Assembly (NCBI GenBank): GCA_033581555.1
Contig: JAVQSZ010000001.1
Location: 144,377-208,376 of the forward strand
Source: Nitrososphaerota archaeon
GTDB taxonomy: Archaea; Thermoproteota; Nitrososphaeria_A; Caldarchaeales; Calditenuaceae
DNA length: 64,000 nt
Direction of reading: 5' to 3'
In this document: positions 39,082 to 48,806 of the stretch, piece by piece
Position numbering within the stretch: the first letter of the stretch is position 1
Layout: each line of letters opens with the position of its first letter
Notes under the pieces: generated by a model
What the model was told of the DNA's origin: nothing
The model's database searches: none
What the model saw: the letters and a program-made list of their open reading frames with translations, nothing else
Program-made: the position numbers and the translations under genes

Positions 39082-39240
39082 GATTTCCGGTCGTCATTAA
39101 GCGTTTGCCCACTTTGAAGGTCCCCCACGCCCGGATGAGTTCGCCAGAGCGGTCCGAGCCTCCTGAATTCCGGCTCGTAAGACGTGAATCGATGACTCGA
39201 ACTCATACAACAACGAGCCGGTGATTGATATAACGACGTG

Positions 39241-39303
39241 ATTATACAATTTCGTGTTACCTAGAAGGCGTTGAACTATCGGTCTTCTATTATACAATTG
39301 TAT
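39241..39303. promoter_or_regulatory. candidate operator upstream of the ttr operon
   Basis: Direct repeat ATTATACAATT (39241, 39289) and perfect palindrome ATACAATTGTAT (39292-39303) in an AT-rich intergenic region. Confidence 0.45.
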
Positions 39304-39359
39304 GCAGATGTAAACTACGCAAAACGGTTAATATTGAAGGGAATGACACCTTAAAGGCG

Positions 39360-39998
39360 ATGACGGCGACGCGCCGGGAATTCCTAGCCGCGGTCGCCTC
39401 GACCGTAGCGTTGAGCGTCACTCCACCTGGACCGGCACCGAAGAGGACCGGGAAGAGGTACGCGATGTTGATCGACGTGGAGAAGTGCTTCGGGTGTATG
39501 GCCTGCGTTGTCGCCTGCGCAGCAGAGAACAACGTCCCCCTAGGGGTATTCAGGACATGGATAGAGCAGCTGGAGAAGCCCGACGGGACGAGGCTCTTCA
39601 TCCCGAAGCAGTGTAACCACTGCGACGACCCGCCCTGCGTGCCTCCCTGCCCGACGCACGCTACTTATGTGACGCCCGACGGGCTCGTTCTGGTCAACGA
39701 CGAGCTCTGCATCAGCTGCGGCGCCTGCATCGAGGCCTGCCCTTACGGCGCGCGCTACAGGAACCCGGTCAAGGGAGTGGCTGACAAGTGCACGTTCTGC
39801 GAGCACAGGATCGCGGAGGGCCTCCTCCCCGCCTGCGTGGACGCCTGCCCGACCGGCGCGAGGGTATTCGGTCCGTTGACCGAGGACAACGAGCTCTCGA
39901 GGACCGTGAGGAGCAGGCCGACTCAGGTCCTGAAGCCGCACACCGGCGCCGAGCCGATGATCTTCTACCTTAGCCTCCCTGATGAGGTGAACAGGTGA
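39360..39998 (+). CDS. ttrB: TtrB/PsrB-type 4Fe-4S subunit with Tat signal
   Basis: TRREFL Tat motif and four CxxCxxC clusters. Confidence 0.88.
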   Translation: MTATRREFLAAVASTVALSVTPPGPAPKRTGKRYAMLIDVEKCFGCMACVVACAAENNVPLGVFRTWIEQLEKPDGTRLFIPKQCNHCDDPPCVPPCPTHATYVTPDGLVLVNDELCISCGACIEACPYGARYRNPVKGVADKCTFCEHRIAEGLLPACVDACPTGARVFGPLTEDNELSRTVRSRPTQVLKPHTGAEPMIFYLSLPDEVNR

Positions 39999-41104
39999 TG
40001 GTCGTCGAGTACTTCTACCCGAACGAGGCGGCACAGCCTCTGCTCTGGCGTCCGGTGCTCTTCGCCTACACGCTGCTGATCTCCGGAGCCGACCTCTTGA
40101 TCCTCGCGGCGGTCGCCCACCTGTTGGGAGTGCTGAGGAGGGCGATACCTCTCCTGACGACCCTGGGGTTGGCATTCTTCGCGATCGTCCTGCTCGGGCC
40201 GCTGGCGGACCTCGGCGTCCCTCACAGGGCTCCGTTGATCTTCCTGACCCCGCACGTAGCACCTACGGCCTCCGTGCCCGGCGTCTCGCTGATCGCCCTC
40301 CAGTCCGTCCTCTGGGTGGTCGGAGTAGTGCTCGCGGCCGTCTTCGCGCTGCTGATCTTCTCCTATCCGTCCTACATCGCGTCCACGACCTCGGCCGGCA
40401 TACAGAGGGCGATCCACAGGGCCCTCTCGCTCAACGTGAACAGCGAGGAGAAGTACAGCTCGGTCCTGAGGGCCGCCAAGGTCGTGGGTGCCGTCATGCT
40501 CTTCCCGATGGTGATGTGGGGGATCTACCCGGCGACGCTCCTCGTCATCCAGACCTGGAACCCGATCTGGAGGAACTGGACGCTCCTCCCGGTCATCTAC
40601 TTCGTAGAGACGTTCTGCGTCGCCACCGCGAGCTTCCTCCTCTTCTACTACGCGATGAACTGGCGTTCGGTCGACCGGGAGGTCCTCGAGCCGATGCTGA
40701 GGATCCACGGCGCGAGCTCCGTCTCCGTGGCAGGACTGATAGGCCTCCAGATGGCGGTCTGGGACATGTGGTCTCCCTCGGTCTCCGCGATGGTCTCGCA
40801 CATCGTCCCGATCCTTTACCTCGTGATTGCGCTGATGCTGGTGAGCTTCGCGGTCTCCTTCGTGGCCGTGAAGTTCCCGGCCGCCACCCTCGCCGTCTCG
40901 CTCGTCACGTTCGCGGGCACCTTCGCAAACAAGTGGAACATACTGATCAACGCCCAGACCATATCCAAGACGGGACTGGCCTACTTCGAGCCCCACCTCC
41001 ACGGCCCGTGGGTCTTGGAGACAGCGGCCCCGATAGCCGCGGGCGTCCTGCTCTTCGTCGTCCTCTCATCGATCTTCCCCTTGGAGGTGAGGGGGAGTGG
41101 TTAG
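39995..41104 (+). CDS. ttrC: NrfD/PsrC/TtrC membrane anchor
   Basis: About 9 TM helices, LADLG.P.R motif; sits between the B and A subunits. Confidence 0.82.
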   Translation: MMVVEYFYPNEAAQPLLWRPVLFAYTLLISGADLLILAAVAHLLGVLRRAIPLLTTLGLAFFAIVLLGPLADLGVPHRAPLIFLTPHVAPTASVPGVSLIALQSVLWVVGVVLAAVFALLIFSYPSYIASTTSAGIQRAIHRALSLNVNSEEKYSSVLRAAKVVGAVMLFPMVMWGIYPATLLVIQTWNPIWRNWTLLPVIYFVETFCVATASFLLFYYAMNWRSVDREVLEPMLRIHGASSVSVAGLIGLQMAVWDMWSPSVSAMVSHIVPILYLVIALMLVSFAVSFVAVKFPAATLAVSLVTFAGTFANKWNILINAQTISKTGLAYFEPHLHGPWVLETAAPIAAGVLLFVVLSSIFPLEVRGSG

Positions 41105-44100
41105 CAGGAGGGCGGTAGTGAGGGGGGTAGTCGGAGCGGCTTCGCTGGGAGTCTTCCTGGCAGGGTACTGGCACACCGTCGAGAGGATCGTGAAGCCGAC
41201 CGCGCAGCTCTACAAGCCCGACAGGACCTTTGGGACGGGAGTAAGATACGTCTACACGTCCTGCCTCGGCTGCAACGTCAGGTGCGGGATCAGGGTGAGG
41301 GTCGCGACCGTCGACGGCATCGAGGTGATCGAGAGGATCGAGGGCAACCCGTACCATCCCTACAACAGGTACGTCTCGGTGGACCACCAGGTCAACAGGT
41401 ACAGCGAGATCGATTACAGGACGTCGCCCAGCGAGGCGCTGAAGGTCGGGTCGACCCTTTGCGCCAGGGGTCAGGACGGCATCCACTACGTCTACGACCC
41501 CTACAGGATAGTCAAGCCCCTGAAGAGGGCTGGCCCGAGGGGGAGCGGCAAGTGGAAGGAGATCTCCTGGGAGCAGCTGATCAAGGAGGTCGTCGAGGGA
41601 GGGGTCATCGAGGAGACCGGCGAGAGGCTGCCGGGGATCAGGGAGATCTACGTCTTTGGGAGGCTGAGGGACGCGGGCTTCGAGAATCCGAACGACATCT
41701 TGACGGCGATCAGGCGCGACGCGGACGAGCTGGTGAAGAAGGCGGCCGACCCCGCGGTCACCGCGGAGAAGCTCGACGAGCTGGTCAAAGCCTTCAAGGA
41801 GAAGTGGTCTAGGATCCTCGGCGAGAAGGGCGTCAAGCTCGAGGACGTCCTGATCGACCCTGACAACCCCGACCTCGGGACCAAGGCTAACATGCTCGTG
41901 TACATGAGGGGGAGGGGCCAGGACAACGCCGACACCTTCGCGAACAGGTTCGTGAGGGCGGTCGGGAGCGTCAACTGGCTGAGGCACACCTCCTCTTGCC
42001 AGTTGGCCTTCTACGCGGGCAACTACCTCTGGTCGGGCTTCTACGACATCAACGCGGACATCATGGGCGCGGAGGTCCTGATAATGGCCGGCGGGGCGCT
42101 GGGGAGGCTCCACCCGGGAGCCACCGGACAGGGAGCCCTAATCGAAAGGGCCGCGAACGGCGAGGTCAAGGTCTACTACGTCAACCCGATCGGCCCGAGG
42201 GTCTCCGCGAACGGCAATATCGTCTGGGTCCCTGTTAAGCCGGGAACCGACGCGGCGCTCGCTCTAGCCGTCGCGCAGCTGATGATCAAGAACGGGTGGA
42301 TCAACAGGGAGTTCCTCCAAGCGCCCTCCCTTAAGGCCGCTGAGAAGATAGGGTACCCGTACTGCAGCAACGCGACCTGGCTCGTCGTGATGGAGGAGAA
42401 GCACAAACTCTACGGGTCGTTCCTGACCGACACCGCGCTGGGGATCGGGGAAGACGGGAAGGCCGTCGTCAGGGCAGGGGAAGGGTTCGCGGTCCACGAC
42501 GCCGTCGACAGGGCCGAGCTCGAGTTCTCGGGGAAGGTGAGACTCGCGACCGGGGAGGAGGTCCTGGTCAAGACCGCCTTCACGATCTTCAAGGAGACCG
42601 CGTTCAGCAGGACCGTAGAGGAGTGGGCGAAGATCTGCGGCGTCGACCCGAAGCTGATCGAGCAGATGGCAAGGGACTTCGGACAGGCCGCGCCGAGGGC
42701 CGCGACCTACATCCACAGAGGCGTGGCAATGCACCCGAACGGCGAGTACACCGTCTGGGCCCTGAGGAGCCTCGACATCCTGATCGGGAACTTCCACAGG
42801 ATCGGGGGGATACTTGGGAGGCCGTCCCTGACATCTTACAACAACTACCTCTACAACTGCAGCGCGAGCGGTTACGGCGAGCCTGTCAGGTGGGGCCCGG
42901 CGATCGACAGGCACTACGCGGAGTATGAGAAGACGCTCATGTACTACAGGAAGGTCAAGCGCGGCGAGAACCCATACCCCGCCAAGAGGCCCTGGTACCC
43001 GCTCTCGCCTGAGGAGAGCTACACCGAGCTCTTCGCGGGCATCGACCAGGGCTACCCGTACCCTGTCAAGGTCCTGATATTGTACTTCGCGAACCCGGTG
43101 ATCGCGACCAACTTCGGCGTCAAGTTCGTCGAGGTGCTGAAGGACACGAGGAAGCTCCCGCTCTTCATCGGGATAACCACCACCATCAACGAGACCTACC
43201 TCTACGCAGACTACCTAGTGCCGGACACCACATACCTCGAGACCGGGACAATGGGCGTCCACTTCCTCTACGGAGGAGGCCTCGGGAGGCTCCTGGCCGA
43301 GTGTTGGAGGTCTCCTGTGATCATGCCGCTCACCCAGAGGATCAGCGACAGCCCTGACGGGAAGCCCAGGTACGCCTCGTTCTGGGAGTTCTTCATAGAC
43401 GTCGGGAAGGCCCTCGGCGCGGCTGGATTCGGCGAGAAGGCGATACCCGGCACCCCGCGGAGGAAGTATGAGGGGAAGTGGTTCCCGGTCCACAGCGCCT
43501 GGGACTACATCCTCAGGGTCTACGCCAACGGCGCCGCGAGCGCGATGGAGAGGGGGGTAGTCCCGAAGGAGATACCTGGGGAGGACGTGAGGTTCGTCGA
43601 GCAGAACTACCCGATCGCGAAGTTCAAGGACGTCCTCCCGGAGGACGAGTGGAGGGCGGCGGCCTACTGCCTCGCCAGGGGAGGGGTCTTCACCAAATAC
43701 GAGGAGTCCTTCACCGAGAGGGGCTTCTCGAAGAGGAGCGTCCCGGGGACCAGAGTGTTACAACTCTGGCACGACAAGCTCGCGAAGACGCCCAACAGCG
43801 TCACCGGCAAGAAGTTCTGGGGCGGACCGGCGTACTTCGAGCCTGCGACCTACGCGCCAGTCAAGGCTGAGGCGAAAGGCGTGCCGTTCGCAGGTACCTC
43901 CCTGAGGGCCCTCTACCCGGAGAGCGAGTACCCGTTCCTCTTGACCTTCGAGTCAGGGCCGCTCTACACCAAGCACCGGAGCGCGAACTACTACTGGATC
44001 AAGACCATCCTGCCGGAGAACTTCGTGCTGATCAACAGGGAGGACGCAACGGTCCTCGGGATCAAGACAGGCGACGTAGTCCTGATCGAGAGCCCATACG

Positions 44101-44546
44101 GCTCGATCGAGGCCCCGGCCGTCGTGACCGCCTCGGTCGCGAAGGGCGTCGTCGCGGTGCCCTACGGGATGGGCAGGTGGGCGGAGACGGTCCTCGTCAG
44201 GCCGAACTACGTCAAGATGAAGAAGTCGCCGGAGGCCCTCAGGGAGCTACCTGAGAGGATGGTCGTCCCGGAGACCGCGGTCAACCCGGTCAAGCACCTC
44301 CCAGAGGTCGTCAAGAGGGTCCTCTTCACCGACAGGCCGAGTGACTACTACGTGAAGGGCCTCGCGGTTGACGAGTGGAGGTTCAACGGAGTCACTCCGA
44401 ACCCGATCCAGCTTGGCGACGAGTCTCTCGGCGACTGGCCGATGGTCTCCTGGATCGGCGCGGGTCAGTCCTACTTCTACAACCCTGTGAAAATCGTGAA
44501 GACGGGGAAGGCGAAGAAGCTGCCCGCGCACCAGATCGTCTGGTGA
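41097..44546 (+). CDS. ttrA: TtrA-family Mo/W-bisPGD oxidoreductase catalytic subunit
   Basis: SRR Tat motif, CLGCNVRC...LCARG FeS0, GNPYHP, HTSSC, ADYLVPDTTYLE. Confidence 0.85.
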   Translation: MVSRRAVVRGVVGAASLGVFLAGYWHTVERIVKPTAQLYKPDRTFGTGVRYVYTSCLGCNVRCGIRVRVATVDGIEVIERIEGNPYHPYNRYVSVDHQVNRYSEIDYRTSPSEALKVGSTLCARGQDGIHYVYDPYRIVKPLKRAGPRGSGKWKEISWEQLIKEVVEGGVIEETGERLPGIREIYVFGRLRDAGFENPNDILTAIRRDADELVKKAADPAVTAEKLDELVKAFKEKWSRILGEKGVKLEDVLIDPDNPDLGTKANMLVYMRGRGQDNADTFANRFVRAVGSVNWLRHTSSCQLAFYAGNYLWSGFYDINADIMGAEVLIMAGGALGRLHPGATGQGALIERAANGEVKVYYVNPIGPRVSANGNIVWVPVKPGTDAALALAVAQLMIKNGWINREFLQAPSLKAAEKIGYPYCSNATWLVVMEEKHKLYGSFLTDTALGIGEDGKAVVRAGEGFAVHDAVDRAELEFSGKVRLATGEEVLVKTAFTIFKETAFSRTVEEWAKICGVDPKLIEQMARDFGQAAPRAATYIHRGVAMHPNGEYTVWALRSLDILIGNFHRIGGILGRPSLTSYNNYLYNCSASGYGEPVRWGPAIDRHYAEYEKTLMYYRKVKRGENPYPAKRPWYPLSPEESYTELFAGIDQGYPYPVKVLILYFANPVIATNFGVKFVEVLKDTRKLPLFIGITTTINETYLYADYLVPDTTYLETGTMGVHFLYGGGLGRLLAECWRSPVIMPLTQRISDSPDGKPRYASFWEFFIDVGKALGAAGFGEKAIPGTPRRKYEGKWFPVHSAWDYILRVYANGAASAMERGVVPKEIPGEDVRFVEQNYPIAKFKDVLPEDEWRAAAYCLARGGVFTKYEESFTERGFSKRSVPGTRVLQLWHDKLAKTPNSVTGKKFWGGPAYFEPATYAPVKAEAKGVPFAGTSLRALYPESEYPFLLTFESGPLYTKHRSANYYWIKTILPENFVLINREDATVLGIKTGDVVLIESPYGSIEAPAVVTASVAKGVVAVPYGMGRWAETVLVRPNYVKMKKSPEALRELPERMVVPETAVNPVKHLPEVVKRVLFTDRPSDYYVKGLAVDEWRFNGVTPNPIQLGDESLGDWPMVSWIGAGQSYFYNPVKIVKTGKAKKLPAHQIVW

Positions 44547-44567
44547 CTCACCCGTAATAGAAGTCTG

Positions 44568-45104
44568 GTGAATTTTTTGCTTGACCCCTTTCAGAGGGCG
44601 AACCTCTATGTCTCGATTTTCACGCTCCTCCAGAGCCTAGCGGAGGGCTCAGAGCCGCCCGTTGAGGTGAGGGAGTTTCTCGAGGCGCTCGGCGTCGAGG
44701 TGCCGGAGTTAGACAGGACGGTGGCGAGGGAGCTGGGAAGGGTCGCCGCGAGGGACGTCCGGGTCGACTTGCCGGAGGGACTGAGGAGGCACCTCCACCT
44801 CCACTTGAGGTCCTTCGCGGAGAGGATGGGATACGAGGTCCCGGAGCCGGCCGACGGGCTCATCAATATGGTTGCACTCGCGGCCAGGCTCGCGATGGAC
44901 GCCTTCACCGCAGGGGCAGGTGACGCCGAGAGGGCGGAGGAGCTCGAGAGGGCCCTGTTGAGGTTCCTCATGACCCACTTGCTGCCGGTCCTCGAGGACC
45001 TGAGCGTCCCGGACGAGGGCCTGAGGAGGCTGATCGGTGGGGTCGTAGACCTGATTAAGGCTGACGTCGAGGACCTGAAGGCGAAGTTCACGGCCCGGAG
45101 CTGA
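44568..45104 (+). CDS. TorD/TtrD-like maturation chaperone
   Basis: EPADG (EPxDH-like) and RFLMTHLLP; follows ttrA. Confidence 0.7.
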   Translation: MNFLLDPFQRANLYVSIFTLLQSLAEGSEPPVEVREFLEALGVEVPELDRTVARELGRVAARDVRVDLPEGLRRHLHLHLRSFAERMGYEVPEPADGLINMVALAARLAMDAFTAGAGDAERAEELERALLRFLMTHLLPVLEDLSVPDEGLRRLIGGVVDLIKADVEDLKAKFTARS

Positions 45105-45106
45105 GG

Positions 45107-45178
45107 TGGACCGGGCGGGACTCGAACCCGCGACCTCCCGGGTGCAAACCGGGCGATCTGCCGCTGATCTACCGGCCC
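45107..45178 (-). tRNA. tRNA-Ala(TGC)
   Basis: GGGCCGG/CCGGTCC acceptor with G3:U70, CCCGG-TT-TGC-AC-CCGGG. Confidence 0.93.
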
Positions 45179-45231
45179 CTCGGCCGGAAACGCGAGACTC
45201 TCAATTTAGGTTTCGCGAACGAAAGGTTCCT

Positions 45232-46602
45232 TCACGAGTACCTCCTCAGGTACCTCTCGATCATGGGATGCCTCCTCAGCGACTCCTCGGTCATCCTCCT
45301 GACCTTCCCGAAGACCCTGGACTCGGTGAAGGGCCTGTCGAAGGCGCCGAAGCACCAGCTGATCCCGAGGTAGCTGTTCGGGTCGACGCCGTCGAGCCCG
45401 TACCTGTCGTTGAGGTAGACCGCGTACTCGAAGCCCGTCCTCGGGTCCTCGGTCCACTCAATCAGCCTCTTGCACCAGTACATCCGCATGTAGTTGTGGA
45501 TCTTCCCGGTCCTCAGGAGCTCCCTCTGGGCGGCGTTCCAATACCTGTCGTGGGTCTGAGCCCTCTCCAGCTCCTCGAGGCTGTAGACGTGCTCGCGCCT
45601 GTCAGATGCGTGCTCCTCGAGCGTCCTCCTCGCCCAATCGGGGAGGCCTCCGAACCTCCCGAAGTCTGGGTTGTAGACCGCCGCGTTCCTCGCGAGCTCC
45701 CTCCACACGACCAGCTCGTCGATCAGTCTCCTCACGTTCTCGTCGTCCAGCTCGAAACGCTTAAGGGCCTCCTTGAGCACTTGGACCGGCGAGATCATCC
45801 CCCACCTGAGGTAAGGGCTGAGTTCCGAGGTCGCGTCGGCGCCGGGGTCCGACCTCCTCTCCGCGTAAAACCTCAACCTCTCCCGCACGAAGACCTCGAG
45901 CCGTCTGAGGGCCTCGTCCTCGCCCCCGACGTAATAGTCGACCGGCGGGACCGTCACGTCGATGTCCAGCTCGTTCAGGTAGTCCTCGACCGAGTCCTCG
46001 TCCCAGCTGGGGACGTCGACGTCAAGGGAGGGGGCCTTCAGCTCGAGCTGGGGAACCTCCTCGAGGAACCTCTGGAGGTTGTTCAGGATCTTGGGCCTGA
46101 TCGTCCTCGCGTAGGGCTCGGCCTTAGCTGACGCGACCCCGACTGGGACCACGACGTCGCCCTCGACCATCACGACCGGCGCCTCTGCCCCTTCGACCGC
46201 CTCCCTTAGGAACCTCCTCTGGTGAGGGAGGTATGGCGAGTCCAGCACGACCAAGCACGACTCCCCGATCAATCGGGCGAAGTCGAAATTCCTCCCGACC
46301 ACAAGCCTGATCCCCCTCGCGGCCAAGGACCTCCTTAGCTTCACCATCCCCTCGAGCATGAACCTGAACCTCCTCAGGTTTGGGTGGGGCTTCCTCTCGA
46401 TCAGGGGGAACAGGACCAGCAAGGGCCTCCGGAGCTCGTTGGCCGCGTGGACCGCGTACTCGAGCGCGTAGTTGTGGACGGACCTGTGGGAAGCGTACAT
46501 CAGGTACGAGGCGAACTCGCCCCGCGTCCTTGCGTCTCCATGCTTGAGCACGTGGACCCGCTCCTGCATGATGAAGCTCGGAGGACGAACCACGCGATTC
46601 AC
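45232..46602 (-). CDS. phrB: class II CPD photolyase
   Basis: NYALEYA, SELSPYLRWG, ELVVWRELA, IHNYMRMYWCK, LDGVDPN. Confidence 0.92.
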   Translation of the reverse strand: MNRVVRPPSFIMQERVHVLKHGDARTRGEFASYLMYASHRSVHNYALEYAVHAANELRRPLLVLFPLIERKPHPNLRRFRFMLEGMVKLRRSLAARGIRLVVGRNFDFARLIGESCLVVLDSPYLPHQRRFLREAVEGAEAPVVMVEGDVVVPVGVASAKAEPYARTIRPKILNNLQRFLEEVPQLELKAPSLDVDVPSWDEDSVEDYLNELDIDVTVPPVDYYVGGEDEALRRLEVFVRERLRFYAERRSDPGADATSELSPYLRWGMISPVQVLKEALKRFELDDENVRRLIDELVVWRELARNAAVYNPDFGRFGGLPDWARRTLEEHASDRREHVYSLEELERAQTHDRYWNAAQRELLRTGKIHNYMRMYWCKRLIEWTEDPRTGFEYAVYLNDRYGLDGVDPNSYLGISWCFGAFDRPFTESRVFGKVRRMTEESLRRHPMIERYLRRYS

Positions 46603-46752
46603 TCTGGACTTCCTCGATAAATCCTCGGCTGGCGAACCGGGTCCTGGCTACGTGATGCGGGTCAGCGGCTCAAGACCTGCTCGCAATCCCCTGACAAGAC
46701 TCCGAGACTTTGACGGACGCTCCTCGATCCGGGCACCGTTATTAGCGCGGCC

Positions 46753-47283
46753 CCGGACGTCTTAGTCAACAACGTCGGAGTCTACGAGACCAGGGACTTC
46801 TTCGAGGTCGATCCCGAGTTCCTAGAGCGGACGCTCGCGGTCAACCTCAAGTCCGCCTTCCTGATGTGCCAGCACATGATCAAGTCGAGGCAGAAGAGAG
46901 GAGGGGTCATAGTGAACGTGAGCTCGATCGAGGCGGTCCTGCACCTCGTGAAGGGGCTCACGCACTACAGCGTTAGCGAAATCGGCCTAGTCGCCCTTAC
47001 CAGGAGCCTCGCGAGGTAGTACGGCGTACAGGGCTTCAGGGTGAACGCAGTCATGCCGGGAGGCATAAGGACGCCCGGGACCGACAGGCTGATGCGGGAG
47101 GCCCTGAAGAGGTTGCAGGTCGACTTCTTCGTGACAGGGCTCAGTTACCTCCCAAGGGTACCGATGAGGAGGCTCGGGAGGCCCGATGAGGTCGCACGGG
47201 TCGTCCTGTTCCTGGCAACAGACTTAGCTAGTTATGTCAACGGCGCGGTAATAGTAGTGGACGGCGGGTTCCTGACCGATTAG
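46753..47283 (+). pseudogene. short-chain dehydrogenase (SDR) remnant
   Basis: DVLVNNVG, IVNVSSI, YSVSE (catalytic Lys lost), in-frame TAG at 47017-47019, RVNAVMPG...VDGG; the NAD-binding N-terminus is missing. Confidence 0.85.
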
Positions 47284-47284
47284 G

Positions 47285-47379
47285 TGCCCCGGCCGGGATT
47301 TGAACCCGGGTCACCGGCTTTCTTCAGTCCCGACCGCTTCGAGAGGCCGGTATACTTGACCGGACTATACTACCGGGGC
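47285..47379 (-). tRNA. tRNA-Glu(CTC) with 20-nt intron (47320-47339)
   Basis: GCCCCGG/CCGGGGC acceptor, CCGGC-CT-CTC-G...A-GCCGG, GGTTCAAATCCC. Confidence 0.92.
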
Positions 47380-47541
47380 CTCCCGCCGTCTCCGTGAGCA
47401 ACGTCATCTATTAGCGCTTTCCCTCTTGAGGCCTGTCCGAACTCGAGCCGGGACCGGACGGAGGCGAGCGGAGTCGACGGGGCGAGGAAGGGGCCCGGGG
47501 AACGAGGGCGGACTTGCTGGCCGCCGAGCTTGAACGCCGGC

Positions 47542-48705
47542 TCAACCAGCCTTGATCTCGACGACGTCGCCGTCGGAGAGGACGTGGTCCGGCCCGACCC
47601 TCTGGCCCTGGACCTTGACCGACCTCCCCCAGACTCTTGCGTACTTGAAGCCCCTAGCGAGGTCCTTGTGGATCAGCTCCGCCAGCTCGATGACCGTCGA
47701 GCCCTCGGGAAGGAGGATCGGCCTGTTCGAGATGACGCCGTCCTTCTGGGTGTAGACCCTGACCAGCGTCAGCGCTCCGAAGACCTCCTCCTTCAGCACC
47801 TCGATCGAGCGTGGGTCGTCGACTGACGCGGGCACGACCCTGAGCCCCGAGCGCTCCTCCAGCTCCCTAGCGAGCTCCTTGGCCCTCTCGGCACCGACGA
47901 GGTCCGACCTGTTGAGGACCACCAAGGCCCTCCTGTAGACCGGCTGGACGATCACCTGCTCCTCTATCTCGTCGAGGGTCGCATCGCCGATCACCTTCAC
48001 GACCGCGGAGCTGTACCCGTAGGACCTAAGGAGCTCGACGACATCGTCGGCCCTGCAGCGGATCCTCCCCAGGACTACCAGCCTTATCCCGCCGCCGTCG
48101 GTCCTCTGGACCTTGACCTCGCACATCGGCCTCTTCAGCGAGATGCCGTGGTCCTCGAGAAGGGACTTGACCGCCTCGAGCTGCGCTAACGGGTTAGAGG
48201 CCGCGTCGACGACGATCAGGATCAGGTCGCTGTTCCTCGCGACCGAAACGGACCTCCTCGCGAGGCCCGTGGGTCGGAGGTCCTCCGTGAGGACCGGAGG
48301 CAGGTCGACCACCTGGACCTCCGCGTCCCTGATCAGCGCCATTCCAGGGTAGGGCCTGGTGGTGGTGAGCGGGTAGTCCGCAACTGGGGACTTCGCGTTC
48401 GTGAGGGCGTTGAGGAGCGAGGACTTCCCGGAGTTCGCGGGGCCGATCAGGGCCACCTGCGCCCACCCCTCCTTCTCGACGGAGAACTCGTCCCTTCCAC
48501 CGGACCTCCTCGACCTCCTCTCCTCGAGCTCGGACCTGAGCTCCGCGAGCCTCTTCCTCAGCTGCCTCCTCAGCTTCTCCGTCCCCTTGTGGTCGGGGAT
48601 CAGTCCGATCGCCTCCTCGAGCCTCGCGATCTTCTCCTCGATCGTCCTGGCCGAGGAGTACTCCGCGAGCTTCGCCCTCGCCTCCGCCGGGAGGTTCGTG
48701 GGCAT
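47542..48705 (-). CDS. DRG/OBG-family GTPase with TGS domain
   Basis: MPTNLP, HKGTEK, GPANSGKS, YPLTT, VYT, FKYARVWG...GQRVG..HVL.DGD. Confidence 0.9.
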   Translation of the reverse strand: MPTNLPAEARAKLAEYSSARTIEEKIARLEEAIGLIPDHKGTEKLRRQLRKRLAELRSELEERRSRRSGGRDEFSVEKEGWAQVALIGPANSGKSSLLNALTNAKSPVADYPLTTTRPYPGMALIRDAEVQVVDLPPVLTEDLRPTGLARRSVSVARNSDLILIVVDAASNPLAQLEAVKSLLEDHGISLKRPMCEVKVQRTDGGGIRLVVLGRIRCRADDVVELLRSYGYSSAVVKVIGDATLDEIEEQVIVQPVYRRALVVLNRSDLVGAERAKELARELEERSGLRVVPASVDDPRSIEVLKEEVFGALTLVRVYTQKDGVISNRPILLPEGSTVIELAELIHKDLARGFKYARVWGRSVKVQGQRVGPDHVLSDGDVVEIKAG

Positions 48706-48806
48706 CCCGGAACCGAGGACGACTCCGCGATTTATCCACGTCGCGCGGGTTAGGGCGTAACGGGCCGGCTCAAGCTTTTATGAAGCGTGGGGAGGTGTGG
48801 TGCGAG

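Noticed and set aside
39097-39297. 66-aa ORF in the AT-rich spacer
   Set aside because: Atypical codon usage and no motif; it overlaps the probable divergent promoters
46650-46696. Possible C/D box sRNA (GTGATGC...CTGA)
   Set aside because: Imperfect C box, no clear C'/D' boxes, and no target identifiable without a search
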